The position numbers and the translations under genes are program-made. A stretch of DNA of 64,000 nucleotides from Candidatus Latescibacterota bacterium. Its GTDB lineage: Bacteria > Latescibacterota > UBA2968 > GCA-2709665. The stretch covers positions 544,001 to 608,000 of the forward strand of contig OZ252100.1 of NCBI GenBank assembly GCA_965248435.1, read 5' to 3'. Positions 27,636 through 37,458 of the stretch are shown piece by piece. The notes under the pieces were generated by a model. The model did no database searches. It saw nothing but the letters and a program-made list of their open reading frames with translations, and had not been told where the DNA came from. The stretch's first letter is position 1; each line of letters begins with the position of its first letter.

Positions 27636-28978
27636 TCTGTTGAGCGCCTCAAGTCTTCCTCCTTTAGCCGCCGATGCACCTGGACCTCGCCGTGTTCATC
27701 AATGATCTGGAGCTTCACGACGCGTTCGCCCCTTTCGCCAGAAAAGCGCAGGACTCCGAAGTTGTAGCCGCGGAATTGGGGAGCAGCCGACTGATTGTGT
27801 CCGCCCGAACGGTCCGTGATCATCCTGCTAAAGGGCTCTGTGCGGATGCCCGCATTAGAGGAGAGGAGTTCATAAAGAGGGTATGTGTCCTCAGGACGGT
27901 AGAGGCGGTTGAGCGTGCCAATGTGCCAGTCGCCGCAGATGAAAAAGACGCCGGTGATGTTTTTCGCGAAAAGCCACTTGAGGAAGTCGTCGCGCTCTGT
28001 TGCGAACTTGGCCCACCGCTCGCCGCGACCTTCATTCACAACCACCGATCCGCCGCTGGCAATGACCTTGAAGGTGGCGCTGCTGGCCTTCAGTCTGGAT
28101 TTCAGCCAGCTGAGCTGTCCTTCGCCAAACATAGTCTTTCGGTCTTCAGCTTCGTTAGGATCCCGGTGATAGCGATTGTCGAGCATGAAGAACTCAGCGT
28201 CGGCGATCTGGAAGCTGTAGAAGACACCTGGCACTGCGGTGGTGCCGGCGCCGGCATTCGGCCAGTATCTTTTGTAAATGTCCAGGCTGTCTTCGCGCCA
28301 GCGGAAGGTACGGTCAGAATTGTTGGGGCCGTAGTCGTGGTCGTCCCAGATGCCGTAGGAGGGTGTTGTGGCCATCAGGGTGCGAAGTCCTGACAGGTAG
28401 CGGATCTCACGGTGGTAACCGGCGATCGCCTTTCGGACCAGGCTGCGGTTGTCGCCGTATCCATCAGCATTGCCCGGCATGTAGCCGATGTCTCCAATGT
28501 AGAGAAAGGCCTCGGGTCTGTGCTGAGCGACTTCCGCCCAGATGGGTTGCACGGGCTGACGGGCCGGGCTCACGCAGGACCCGAATGCCACAGTAAAACC
28601 GGGAACGTCGTTTGAATCCGGATGGACCTGCGGCATCGTATAGAAGACCTGCGGTGTAAGCGATCGAACTGGCTCGGCGTCCAGAAAAACTCCGTACCGA
28701 ACCTGGGTCCTGGGTCTCAGGCCGGTAATCTCGACAACGCCAGTATGGGGAGGGGTTCTACTTGTCCGTCCTTTCGCGGTGCCCCCTACCAAAGGTACCT
28801 TTTTCCCAGGACTGGCCCAATAATCGACCTTGACTTCAGCTGACCGATCCGTCTCCACCCAGATGACGGCGGAATTATCGGTCGTGTGACTCACCATTGG
28901 ACCTGCCAGCAGTTCGACCGCCCAGGATGGAGACGAAAAAATGAGGATGGATGTAACCTGGAAAAATTGATGGATCAT
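27632..28978 (-). CDS. phoD: alkaline phosphatase D family protein
   Basis: Signal peptide; AFGSC, YIGD, IWDDHDYGPNNSD, FMLDNRYHR, ICGDWH. Confidence 0.88.
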   Translation of the reverse strand: MIHQFFQVTSILIFSSPSWAVELLAGPMVSHTTDNSAVIWVETDRSAEVKVDYWASPGKKVPLVGGTAKGRTSRTPPHTGVVEITGLRPRTQVRYGVFLDAEPVRSLTPQVFYTMPQVHPDSNDVPGFTVAFGSCVSPARQPVQPIWAEVAQHRPEAFLYIGDIGYMPGNADGYGDNRSLVRKAIAGYHREIRYLSGLRTLMATTPSYGIWDDHDYGPNNSDRTFRWREDSLDIYKRYWPNAGAGTTAVPGVFYSFQIADAEFFMLDNRYHRDPNEAEDRKTMFGEGQLSWLKSRLKASSATFKVIASGGSVVVNEGRGERWAKFATERDDFLKWLFAKNITGVFFICGDWHIGTLNRLYRPEDTYPLYELLSSNAGIRTEPFSRMITDRSGGHNQSAAPQFRGYNFGVLRFSGERGERVVKLQIIDEHGEVQVHRRLKEEDLRRSTE

Positions 28979-28998
28979 AGTAAAGATCCTCCCACTGA

Positions 28999-29628
28999 CT
29001 AGGCAGTTACTTGCGTTCTGATTCGTCTTAACGAGCTCGTACACATTTGTGCTTTGATCAAATCGAATTTGCTATCCGCCTCGGCTATTTTGTCGATCGG
29101 GTGGACTCTGTCGAACAGGGGAAAATCTTGAGGAAGGACCCATAGCCTCGCCATCGGTGAAACTGCGTCGTAGGAAACAGGATAAGCGCCTCCCTTCGAT
29201 TCAAAGGCATCCAGGCTGCAGATGTAGACTATCCCTTCTACCCACGGATTCTGACCCAGGCCTTTTCGGTCGACAAAGTAGGCGTTGGGATCGTGTCTCG
29301 TTGCGAAATAGGAGACCCGGGTCCGGTCGATAATCGCGAAAAATATTGCCATGAACACATCTGTGGTGACGTAGACAGCTGTTTCGGCCTGCCCTGTACC
29401 TGTGCCCGTGGCCCTTCTTGGCTCCAGGGCGACCAGCTGTTTGTCAGTCGAACCGTGAAAGCATGCGTTCTTAAATCTCGCAAGATACTCCAGGAATCGA
29501 TATTTGGGATGGGGCGAGTCATATTCGATCAGCTTGCCCTCGTTGCACTCGACATCTCGATCGAAGAGGTTCTCGAAATCGGTTTTGTGCAGATCTGTGA
29601 CCGCTGAAGAAGGATCTGAATCAGCCAT
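28999..29628 (-). CDS. hypothetical protein
   Basis: 209-aa ORF in the array; FHGS...LEPR...AVYVT segment is weakly reminiscent of ADP-ribosyltransferase-like folds (unverified). Confidence 0.6.
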   Translation of the reverse strand: MADSDPSSAVTDLHKTDFENLFDRDVECNEGKLIEYDSPHPKYRFLEYLARFKNACFHGSTDKQLVALEPRRATGTGTGQAETAVYVTTDVFMAIFFAIIDRTRVSYFATRHDPNAYFVDRKGLGQNPWVEGIVYICSLDAFESKGGAYPVSYDAVSPMARLWVLPQDFPLFDRVHPIDKIAEADSKFDLIKAQMCTSSLRRIRTQVTA

Positions 29629-29630
29629 GC

Positions 29631-30149
29631 TTATTCCACTCGGTACTGATAGGAGCTTGGAATTCGAATGAATCCTTTGACAAATCTGGTTCTATCTCTT
29701 CTGAATATGCCCGAGACATTACCAATGTTGCCCTCAGCGGTTACCAACCCTGGCGCCCTCCCTGAAAGAATCACGCCAATATGGTCATTCGGACCCTGAC
29801 CCAGGAGATTATTGTAAATAATGAGGTCTCCCCTTTGGGGTCTGAACCTAATATTCCGAGCGGAGTAGTAAAATCCGTTTCCAGACATCCTGGCCCACTG
29901 AATCCAGGCTGAAACGCCCGCAAAGCTATGTTTAACTGGGACCGGATGCCGGGCGGGAAGCGAAAATCCTGCTTCTATGCAGCAATGGAACACGAACGCT
30001 GCGCACCAGTCAAAGCCCTTCTTCTTATCTTTGCGAAACTGGCTCAGGATAGGCTCCAGCTCAGGACCACATTTGCTTTTGTTTCCTCTGAGCGTCCTCC
30101 TTGCCAGTTCCTCTGAAATACTTGCCAGCAGGCTACGTTTGTTGGCCAC
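29631..30149 (-). CDS. CHAP-domain (cysteine amidase) protein
   Basis: WCAAFV...PQRGDLIIY...DHIGVI...AEGN. Confidence 0.82.
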   Translation of the reverse strand: MANKRSLLASISEELARRTLRGNKSKCGPELEPILSQFRKDKKKGFDWCAAFVFHCCIEAGFSLPARHPVPVKHSFAGVSAWIQWARMSGNGFYYSARNIRFRPQRGDLIIYNNLLGQGPNDHIGVILSGRAPGLVTAEGNIGNVSGIFRRDRTRFVKGFIRIPSSYQYRVE

Positions 30150-30150
30150 G

Positions 30151-30692
30151 TCAATCGAGTCCGGCTTTAATGACTTTTGTGCCTGTCGCAGCGAGTCGAT
30201 ATGTCTCAGCTAATTCAGGCCCGTCATGTCTTTTGGTCTCGAGGCGCCGGCAGGCTTTCTCCAAAGACAGAGTCGCCACCTCCACCACCTGCTCGCCCCC
30301 ATCCGGGTTCTCAGGTTCCCTGATCAGTCCCACCTCCCCGTACCCTACGTTCCTACTCAGGCCACGGCAGGTGAGGCCTGTATGGCGTTTCAGCAAGCGA
30401 ATGACAATGCCCCAGCAGCTCGAAGCTTCAGGCGTCCCCCCGCTTCTTCCCTCAACTCTCTATGAATGGCCTCCAGGTACGTCTCGCTGGGTTCCAGCGT
30501 ACCCCCGACGATGCACCAACCATCTTCATGTTTTACGATGACCCATTCATCTCTAATGTAAGGGACTAGATTGACGTTGCTGATTAGATCGTCAGGCGGG
30601 TTGACGCCCAATTCAAACACGGCCCGCGTTGGGCCCCACGGCCACAGCTTCTCCTGGAACAATTGAGGGAAGTCTGCCTTGTCAATGCACAT
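30151..30692 (-). pseudogene. NUDIX hydrolase, disrupted by at least two frameshifts
   Basis: Nudix box GGTLEPSETYLEAIHRELREEAG, then HCHSLAETPYRPHLPWPE* in a second frame and VGYGEVGLIREPENPDGGEQV in a third. Confidence 0.78.
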
Positions 30693-30701
30693 CAGGCTAA
30701 G

Positions 30702-31091
30702 CTACCTCTCCGCTTCCTCAGCCTCGCTTTGTAGCGGGAATTGCCCCGCAAGCTGATGCTCCGTGAACGAAGGCCCTGCCGCGCTGAAATACCGCAGCAT
30801 CGAACCTCCTGAGTTTTTTAGCCCGTGCAATGTCCCTGATGGAATGTGGACACAGTCACCCGGGCACACGGGGCCGGATTCCTCTCCAACAGTCATCATC
30901 CCCTTGCCATCCAGGACGAAATAGACCTGCTCCTGCTCGTGGCTATGTGGCCTTTGGGTTCCGTCAGGCTCCATTTCGACGAGCGTCGTCGTGAGCTTCT
31001 GAGCACCGCAGGTTCGCGCAGAGACAAGCAGATGTGAGGTGATGCCGTCGCGCCGGTATCGCGGCGCATCTTGTCGCGTGCAGATGATCAT
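30702..31091 (-). CDS. cupin domain protein
   Basis: HSHEQEQVYFVLDG...PGDCVHIPSGTLHG. Confidence 0.9.
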   Translation of the reverse strand: MIICTRQDAPRYRRDGITSHLLVSARTCGAQKLTTTLVEMEPDGTQRPHSHEQEQVYFVLDGKGMMTVGEESGPVCPGDCVHIPSGTLHGLKNSGGSMLRYFSAAGPSFTEHQLAGQFPLQSEAEEAER

Positions 31092-31774
31092 CTCGTATCT
31101 CCTGAGTTCAGCCATCGAAGGGTCAGCTCGGCGGCGTTCTTCATTGCAGTCCGCAAATTTACTTCGAAATCAGAGGGCGCATTATGATCAGCCGAATCTG
31201 TGATCGCACGCATCTCCAGAAAAGGAACCTGGCTGAATTTGCAGGCACGGGCCCCACCGGCACCCTCCCACGCCACTGCGAGCGCCTCTGTCGATTTGTG
31301 CAGATCTTCCCTCCGGTCAGTATCTACGATATCTTCATCTCCACTGGCGATCAGTCCAAAATGGACCCCGAATTCGAGGTCGGAATCAGAGGCGAATTTC
31401 AGACCTTCAATCGCTTCTTCATCCCCCGAGAAAACCGGGGAAGGTGTATGGGAAAAGTGGCCTTTGTAATCGTGCTCCACGGTGGCGGTGCCCACGACCA
31501 CATCCCCAACCGCAAGGCCTTCAGCCAGGGCGCCTGCGGCGCCCACGCAAAGAACGAGATCCCACGGACGACCCGAATCGATCAGGTGCAGGGTCTGAGT
31601 CGCAAACTGAACCTTACCGTGCCCGCCTTGCGCAACCGTCACCCCCAAGTGAGGGATGTGATCTGTCTGAAGCCGACCTCGAGAAACGGTCTTTGACGCT
31701 ATTCCCAAGAACTGGAAGTGTTGGACGAGGAATTTTCCCTCTTTCGCCATCGGCGTGATGATCAACCTCTTCAT
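31088..31774 (-). CDS. MTA/SAH nucleosidase family (nucleoside phosphorylase fold)
   Basis: GGHGKV, VGAAGAL, GLIASGD, AWEGAG, RAITDSAD. Confidence 0.85.
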   Translation of the reverse strand: MKRLIITPMAKEGKFLVQHFQFLGIASKTVSRGRLQTDHIPHLGVTVAQGGHGKVQFATQTLHLIDSGRPWDLVLCVGAAGALAEGLAVGDVVVGTATVEHDYKGHFSHTPSPVFSGDEEAIEGLKFASDSDLEFGVHFGLIASGDEDIVDTDRREDLHKSTEALAVAWEGAGGARACKFSQVPFLEMRAITDSADHNAPSDFEVNLRTAMKNAAELTLRWLNSGDTR

Positions 31775-31778
31775 AGGG

Positions 31779-32321
31779 CTACTCGTTTTGACCCCGGGCA
31801 AGCGCGGTCGTCAAATCGGCCTTTCGCCTGTCGTCTGCAAGCGCCGTCAGAATCCGAGCGGCGTGCCCTTCCTCCAGTCTTTCCAGAAGCAAAAGGGCGA
31901 TCTCATCCTCCAGATGATCAAAGATCACCGCTGCGTTCGCTGGCCTCATCTCGCTAATCACGCCGACCGCCTTCTGCAGCCGGACTTCTAGATCTGTCTC
32001 GCCCGAAGGGGTCTTGAGGGTATCTACTCCCCTGGGGAGTGCATCTGCCAAACTCCGAAGTTCCTTTCTCGTGAGTTTCAGACCTGCTATGTCCTGAATC
32101 AGCTCGGCCTTCTGCCGCTCGAAGAGAAGGATTGCATCCTGCTGACCGATCGCATCAGACGCTGAGGACGCAATCTCGCCCGTCGCCGCCCGACCTTCAA
32201 GCAGCGCTTTCAACTCATCCATGTCTTTCACGGTGCCTGTCGCAAACAGGACCACAACGCCGATGGCAGCAAATGAGATGAGCATAGCGATGATGATGAT
32301 CAGTAACAGGGCAGCCTTCAT
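31779..32321 (-). CDS. membrane-anchored MotE/MgtE-N-like protein
   Basis: N-terminal TM helix, coiled coil, ISEMRPANAAVIFDHL...AARILTAL. Confidence 0.65.
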   Translation of the reverse strand: MKAALLLIIIIAMLISFAAIGVVVLFATGTVKDMDELKALLEGRAATGEIASSASDAIGQQDAILLFERQKAELIQDIAGLKLTRKELRSLADALPRGVDTLKTPSGETDLEVRLQKAVGVISEMRPANAAVIFDHLEDEIALLLLERLEEGHAARILTALADDRRKADLTTALARGQNE

Positions 32322-32390
32322 CGATGCCTCCAGGAAATGAGCCCTTTAGCTTCCACATTGCAGGTATTCAAAAACCGGACGAGCCTTTCC

Positions 32391-32910
32391 CTATTTCATC
32401 TCAGTTATCGTTACCACAAGCGACTTATCGCCCAGATCGGCCAGAGTGGTGGAGCCGCCGATGTCGACGACGGCGCTCCCACTGGCCGACACGTGCCCGG
32501 AGTTTTCTCCATCACGGAATTGAAGATTGCTCCGGAAGGTCAAGCCAATCTGCTCTTTTTTCCATCAAAGGCAAGTTCCCCTGAACATTGAAACTGAATG
32601 AGGAGATCTTCGTGGTGATCGCAGCATTGATCGCGTAAGTCTTTGTCGCGACGGATATCGAATGCGGCTTGTCCCCCTTCTCCAGCGGTTCCAGCTTGAA
32701 CTCCATCTTGATCGTCTTGCCCAGCCAGGTCATCTGCTGGGGTTCGAACCGTGACTGGATCTGTTCCAACACCTCGGTCATCACCCTCTCCACCAGTGCC
32801 TCGATTCGCCGTTCTACCTCCTCGGTCCCGGAAGCCTCCTCAGCATCAGCAGGAACCACGAGCAGCAGAATGGCGAAAATCGACAGTAAAAAGCGATACC
32901 AGGTCATCAC
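32391..32910 (-). pseudogene. exported hypothetical protein, frameshifted at an A6 run
   Basis: Signal peptide. After the homopolymer at 32556-32561 a protein-like frame continues (EQIGLTFRSNLQFRDG...LVVTITEMK*) to 32391. Confidence 0.6.
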
Positions 32911-33461
32911 ACGCCTTTCGAGGCCGTTTGTCTTGAGTTGTCGAACCGAAAGATCACTCTGTCCCCAAGAAAGGTCTCGCCCCGATTTTCCTCAAACTCC
33001 TCTCCGAAGGCCTGACACAATGTCTTTCGCCAGAATGCCAGCGCGGGAAGATTGTTGGGCGCCACGTAAAATTCCCATTTCCCGTTGAACTTCTCGAAAC
33101 CCTGGATCGCAGCCTTCTCGCCAACGCCCTTCCCTCTGAACGCATGCACAAGAAAGAACTCGTGCACGAGATAGTCCGCCTCCGTCGGTACGTATTCTCC
33201 TGTGGCGATGAAGTTGAAGCCTACCGGAACCCCATCCACGCAGATCAGGAATGGAAACAGGACCTCGGACTTTTCCCACCAGACGTTTTGCACTTCCCCC
33301 TGATCTGCCAGTGTACGAACGAGTTCCGGTTCGAGAATGCCGTGTTTGTTCGGCACAACATCCTCGAATTCGGAAAGATCGTGAAGGTAGAGGGAGTAGA
33401 GATTCTTCGCAATGTAGGCACTGTCCTTGTCTGACAGGACGAGCTCAACGTTCGTTGTCAT
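32907..33461 (-). CDS. GNAT acetyltransferase
   Basis: YLHDLSEF, EFFLVHAFRGKGVG, NLPALAFW. Confidence 0.9.
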   Translation of the reverse strand: MTTNVELVLSDKDSAYIAKNLYSLYLHDLSEFEDVVPNKHGILEPELVRTLADQGEVQNVWWEKSEVLFPFLICVDGVPVGFNFIATGEYVPTEADYLVHEFFLVHAFRGKGVGEKAAIQGFEKFNGKWEFYVAPNNLPALAFWRKTLCQAFGEEFEENRGETFLGDRVIFRFDNSRQTASKGV

Positions 33462-33473
33462 CGAAGAAATACC

Positions 33474-33917
33474 CTACTTTAAAGTGGATTTGCTACGGAT
33501 GCCGATCGCCATCTCCCTATAGATCCACATCGGATCGATTTTGTCCGCCTTCTTGAACCCGCATTTTAGGTAGAATTCAGTTGCGTGCGCCATGGCGAAC
33601 AAGACGTGCTGATGAAAATGCTCATACTTGGAAGTCAGCGTTCCCAGAAGCGTCTTGCCAATCCCCTTTCCCTGGTAGTCCGGCATGACGAGCAGGTGAG
33701 GGTAATACACAGTGAGGTGGCCATCTGAGATCGCGTTTCCGAGGCCCACGAGTTTGTTCTCATCCCAGGCAGTTACAACTGAGTGGGAGTTCATCAGGGC
33801 GTTGTAGAGCGCGTCCGGCTTGTTCGCCGACGGCCACTCGTTTGCTTGGTATAGATCCAGGACGTCCGCCATTCCGAAGTCCCGGTCGTCCCTGTACTGG
33901 ATATTCATTTTGTCCAT
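33474..33917 (-). CDS. GNAT acetyltransferase
   Basis: LLVMPDYQGKGIG, FYLKCGF. Confidence 0.9.
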   Translation of the reverse strand: MDKMNIQYRDDRDFGMADVLDLYQANEWPSANKPDALYNALMNSHSVVTAWDENKLVGLGNAISDGHLTVYYPHLLVMPDYQGKGIGKTLLGTLTSKYEHFHQHVLFAMAHATEFYLKCGFKKADKIDPMWIYREMAIGIRSKSTLK

Positions 33918-34643
33918 TTAAGAACCCCTCACGGTTCGCGGTTCCAGCATCTCCAGAAGTTCCTCCAAGCTTTCCACCCGAAGCGAGTTGGAAGCTCCTC
34001 TATCTACACCCCTATCGAGCCAAACACCCACCATACCCATTTCAGTCGCCTTTTCAACACAGTCCGGCCAGTCATCGACGAAAATCATCTCCTCAGGCGA
34101 CAGGTCCATTCGCTCGATTGCGGTGCGAAAATTTCGCTCATCGGGCTTGCAGCGTCCAATCTGTGAGGATATGACGAACGCGTGGAAAAATTCCCTAATC
34201 CCGAGTTCCCGAAACTTACGATCGAGAGAGGGCCACGAGTCCGACAGGATGCCGAGACGAAGACCCCTTTTCTGAAGACCGTTCAGAATTCCGCGCGTCT
34301 CGAGATAGGGATGGAAGTTCGGCTGATACACCATGGCCTGCGCCAGTTTCGCAGGCAGCTCAGAGGCCGATCCAGAAAGACCTAGCTCACTAAGCAGAAT
34401 TCCATAGTAGTCTCCAAACTGGTCGCATTCCCCATCTTCAGTCAAAACGTGGTGATGTGCATCGAGATAGTCCATCCCTTTCTGCAGCGCCTCGTCCAAT
34501 CGCTTCCAGGCGAAATGGTGAACCCCGTTCTCCAGTAGAATTCGCCGGAAATGTGTCCCGGGGAACCAGGCCCCGCCAATGGGACGAACCAGGGTACCGC
34601 CCGAGTCAAGAAGCACGCCTTTGATCTCTATTAAACTGTCCAT
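33918..34643 (-). CDS. HAD-IA family hydrolase
   Basis: LLDSGGTL, ILSD, KPDERNF, FVDD. Confidence 0.88.
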   Translation of the reverse strand: MDSLIEIKGVLLDSGGTLVRPIGGAWFPGTHFRRILLENGVHHFAWKRLDEALQKGMDYLDAHHHVLTEDGECDQFGDYYGILLSELGLSGSASELPAKLAQAMVYQPNFHPYLETRGILNGLQKRGLRLGILSDSWPSLDRKFRELGIREFFHAFVISSQIGRCKPDERNFRTAIERMDLSPEEMIFVDDWPDCVEKATEMGMVGVWLDRGVDRGASNSLRVESLEELLEMLEPRTVRGS

Positions 34644-34696
34644 CTCAGCGACCTCTGCAGATTCCAGGCCTAACAACCCTGCTTCGCGGCGACCAT

Positions 34697-35034
34697 TTAA
34701 GAGTTCGGCGCGGTTGGATCAAAACCAAACGTGTTCTCCACGACCCCTGGGAGCAGGGTGTAGACGGACCGACCGATCACCGCCTCAAATTTTGCTTGAA
34801 TCGTCAGTACCTCTTTCCACTTCTGGGCAATCTTCTCATTCGTCGTGTGCCTCACGGCGGCATCTACCATCCGCTTTTCAATCAGACAGAATCCGCTTGG
34901 AATCGCCAAGTGGTCACACAGCTGAAACAGTCCGCCTCCCCCACATACCTGGAATGCGGGATCCAGCGGCCGGGGGTCATTCGTTCGGCCTCCTCCAGGT
35001 AAGCTTCGGTCTGTCCGAGCGTGGGGATCTTCAC
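34697..35034 (-). pseudogene. HD-domain protein with internal deletion and frameshift
   Basis: N-terminus MKIPTL..LEEAERMTPGRWIPHSRYVGEA is joined out of frame to LFQLCDHLAIPSGFCLIEKRMVD...LLPGVVENTF; the central HD motif region is absent. Confidence 0.7.
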
Positions 35035-35591
35035 GTCATCGCCCCAGCTTCCAGCTTGTTCATATACAGCAGAGCCAGTGAGATCGCAGTCGTCCATCCC
35101 AGCACTTTGAATTCGTGCTGTAAGAGGGCAGTTTCCAGCTCGGATCTGGTCAGACGGACGGTCTCCAGTCCGCCAATGTCATCATAGTCAGGCTCCTTTA
35201 CGCGCACCGTGCCGAGCGCCAGGAAGAGGTTCGCCTTCCCTGCGCCGCGGTTTGCATCCACAATGTAGCTTCCCAGATCGATCCACTCCCCGGCCTCACA
35301 GCCCGTTTCTTCGAGAAGCTCTCTCTTCGCGGCAGATAAGGGGTCCTCTCCCGGATCGATGAAGCCGCCCACAGTGGCCAGCGACACCTCGTTTATGGCG
35401 TACTTTACCTGTTTAAGACAGACAAAGTCACCCGCTTCCGTCACGGCCACAACATTCGTGTAATCCGAAATGATAACCCACGGCCACTTCTCGATCACTT
35501 CTCCATCGGGCGGCCTTACGCTGTGGCTTTCCACAGTCAGGAAACTGTGCTCCAGTATCGTTTCTTTCGAAAGGGTTTTCCAAGGCTTCAT
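35031..35591 (-). CDS. NUDIX hydrolase (ADP-ribose pyrophosphatase-like)
   Basis: GGFIDPGEDPLSAAKRELLEETG. Confidence 0.9.
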   Translation of the reverse strand: MKPWKTLSKETILEHSFLTVESHSVRPPDGEVIEKWPWVIISDYTNVVAVTEAGDFVCLKQVKYAINEVSLATVGGFIDPGEDPLSAAKRELLEETGCEAGEWIDLGSYIVDANRGAGKANLFLALGTVRVKEPDYDDIGGLETVRLTRSELETALLQHEFKVLGWTTAISLALLYMNKLEAGAMT

Positions 35592-35620
35592 AGATGGCGC
35601 TCCTAACCTGGCAGATTTGC

Positions 35621-36199
35621 TCAGGACTTATTCAAACCAAAACCTTTATCCCACTCTGGTTCCAAGTCCGTGTAGACGATCCTGAAAAGATCGGGCGTCT
35701 GAATCGACTCCCAATCTTTGAATCCGAACGAATCGTCGAGATGGTTCAGGTATAATCCGATCGCGTTTCCGTGAGAACAGGCCAGGAGGACCTTTCCCAC
35801 ATTGTCCGTAGCGAGCCTCACGATACAAGCCTTCATCCGCTCCTGACAGACCTTCCCCGATTCACAATTGGGCAGGGCGAAATCGAAATCGCTCCAGGCC
35901 CTCTTGAGGATCACGTACCAATCTTCTATGTAGCGATCAGTTAACTTCCTTTCCTTCAGATCCGGCTCGATCTCAATATCAAGCCCGGCGCCTTCGCAGA
36001 ACGGCCGGACGGTTTCGACCGCCCGGGGAAATGGACTCGAATACGCTCGATCGATCCCCAAGTCATCGAGGCGATCACGAAGGTTCAACGCCTGTTCCTT
36101 TCCATCCTCCGAAAGGGGCCAGTCTGGCTCTGGGAGTTCCGGACTGGGAGCGCTCATGGCGTGACGCGCGAGGTAAATCGTGGTGGTTTCTCCGGTCAT
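35621..36199 (-). CDS. histidine phosphatase family protein
   Basis: YLARHA, YSSPFPRAVET, LKER, SHG. Confidence 0.9.
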   Translation of the reverse strand: MTGETTTIYLARHAMSAPSPELPEPDWPLSEDGKEQALNLRDRLDDLGIDRAYSSPFPRAVETVRPFCEGAGLDIEIEPDLKERKLTDRYIEDWYVILKRAWSDFDFALPNCESGKVCQERMKACIVRLATDNVGKVLLACSHGNAIGLYLNHLDDSFGFKDWESIQTPDLFRIVYTDLEPEWDKGFGLNKS

Positions 36200-36280
36200 C
36201 CAAGAATCAATATGGTCGTTACAACGAGGCCGGCTTCGACTTCTACAGGTTGTGTATGATCGTAATTCATTCAGCCCGCT

Positions 36281-36751
36281 TCAACCGCTCGTTTCAATAC
36301 ACATAATCGTGATGTCCTGCCCGTCGTAACGGTCGCGTGTGACTTCCCGCCAACCCAGCCGGGCATAGAACTGCGGTGCGGGGTGTGTATACAGATACAG
36401 ACGATCCACGCCGAGTTCGGCGGCCGCCTTCACGACTCTTTTCACCAAAGCGGCGCCGATCCCCTGACGACGAAATTCAGGTCTTACGTAGAGTCCTGAT
36501 AGCCAGGGTGAGAGTTCCGCGTAGATCGACATATCATGCTTGACCAGCGACACCGAGCCCACGGGAGAGATACCTTCGATGGCGACGAACGCGGTGGGAA
36601 TTGCATCTCGCAGTGTGTACGTCGCAAGGTTTGCGGTCCAGGACTCTAGTGATCCATCGTGATCGAGACAGCCCCATTCATCCCAGTGCCATCTCGCAAT
36701 CGTCGGGACAAGATCGACGTGGTCGGCCAGCAATTCGATCGTGAAGGACAT
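36281..36751 (-). CDS. GNAT acetyltransferase
   Basis: PWLSGLYVRPEFRRQGIG, FYARLGW. Confidence 0.9.
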   Translation of the reverse strand: MSFTIELLADHVDLVPTIARWHWDEWGCLDHDGSLESWTANLATYTLRDAIPTAFVAIEGISPVGSVSLVKHDMSIYAELSPWLSGLYVRPEFRRQGIGAALVKRVVKAAAELGVDRLYLYTHPAPQFYARLGWREVTRDRYDGQDITIMCIETSG

Positions 36752-36759
36752 CCTGCGTC

Positions 36760-37455
36760 TCAACCAAAATTGAAATCCACGCCATACTTGACCAAACCCA
36801 GTTTTTCGGCAACCTTCTCAGACGGCACATTTCCCAGGGCGTGGCTATACAGAGGTATGAGGCCAAGCTCACGGACGGCGCTCGCCCATCCCAGGGTCAC
36901 TTCTCCTGCGTATCCTCGTCCACGATAGTCCTTCGCAGTATCGAGACCCGCCTCGGCAGCCTCCGATGTCTTTCGGGCGCAACAACACACGGAAACGGCG
37001 GCCCCGTCGACAATTCGTACAATGATCGGGTCAGACTGCTCCATTTCATTCAGCCAATCCGAAAAGAAAGGCCGCAGGAGATCTGAGTTTTCTTGTTGGA
37101 TCCTCACAACGTCCTCGGACGTCCCGATCTGTTCCGGAAACACGTAGTTCGGTCCAATCCTCATCTTCGCTACTCCCTGGTCTGTTCTAAGCAGCGATTC
37201 GAGTTTCTTTGACTGCGCCGGTGCCTCAGAAAGATCGTCAGGGATCGGCTCAGAGGAAACAACCGCTTCCACCTCATTAGCGAGTTCGTCTAGTATGTCA
37301 TAACGAAAGCGGCAAAGGTGCCCGTTTCGAGTACGACCCAAGAAAAGTCGCGGGGCCGGGGACCGATCCGGATCATTGACGCACACAAGTCGCTCGTTTT
37401 CGTCCTGAACATTCAGAACCCGGGCATGGATTTCCATCAGCTGTTGATCGTCCAA
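36760..37455 (-). CDS. GNAT acetyltransferase
   Basis: EAGLDTAKDYRGRGYA, NVPSEKVAEKLG. Confidence 0.88.
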   Translation of the reverse strand: MDDQQLMEIHARVLNVQDENERLVCVNDPDRSPAPRLFLGRTRNGHLCRFRYDILDELANEVEAVVSSEPIPDDLSEAPAQSKKLESLLRTDQGVAKMRIGPNYVFPEQIGTSEDVVRIQQENSDLLRPFFSDWLNEMEQSDPIIVRIVDGAAVSVCCCARKTSEAAEAGLDTAKDYRGRGYAGEVTLGWASAVRELGLIPLYSHALGNVPSEKVAEKLGLVKYGVDFNFG

Positions 37456-37458
37456 CGC

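Noticed and set aside
36200-36280. Intact attC site in the 81-bp spacer (ACACAAC...GTTGTAA)
   Set aside because: The cores deviate from RYYYAAC/GTTRRRY and no convincing L-box hairpin can be drawn.
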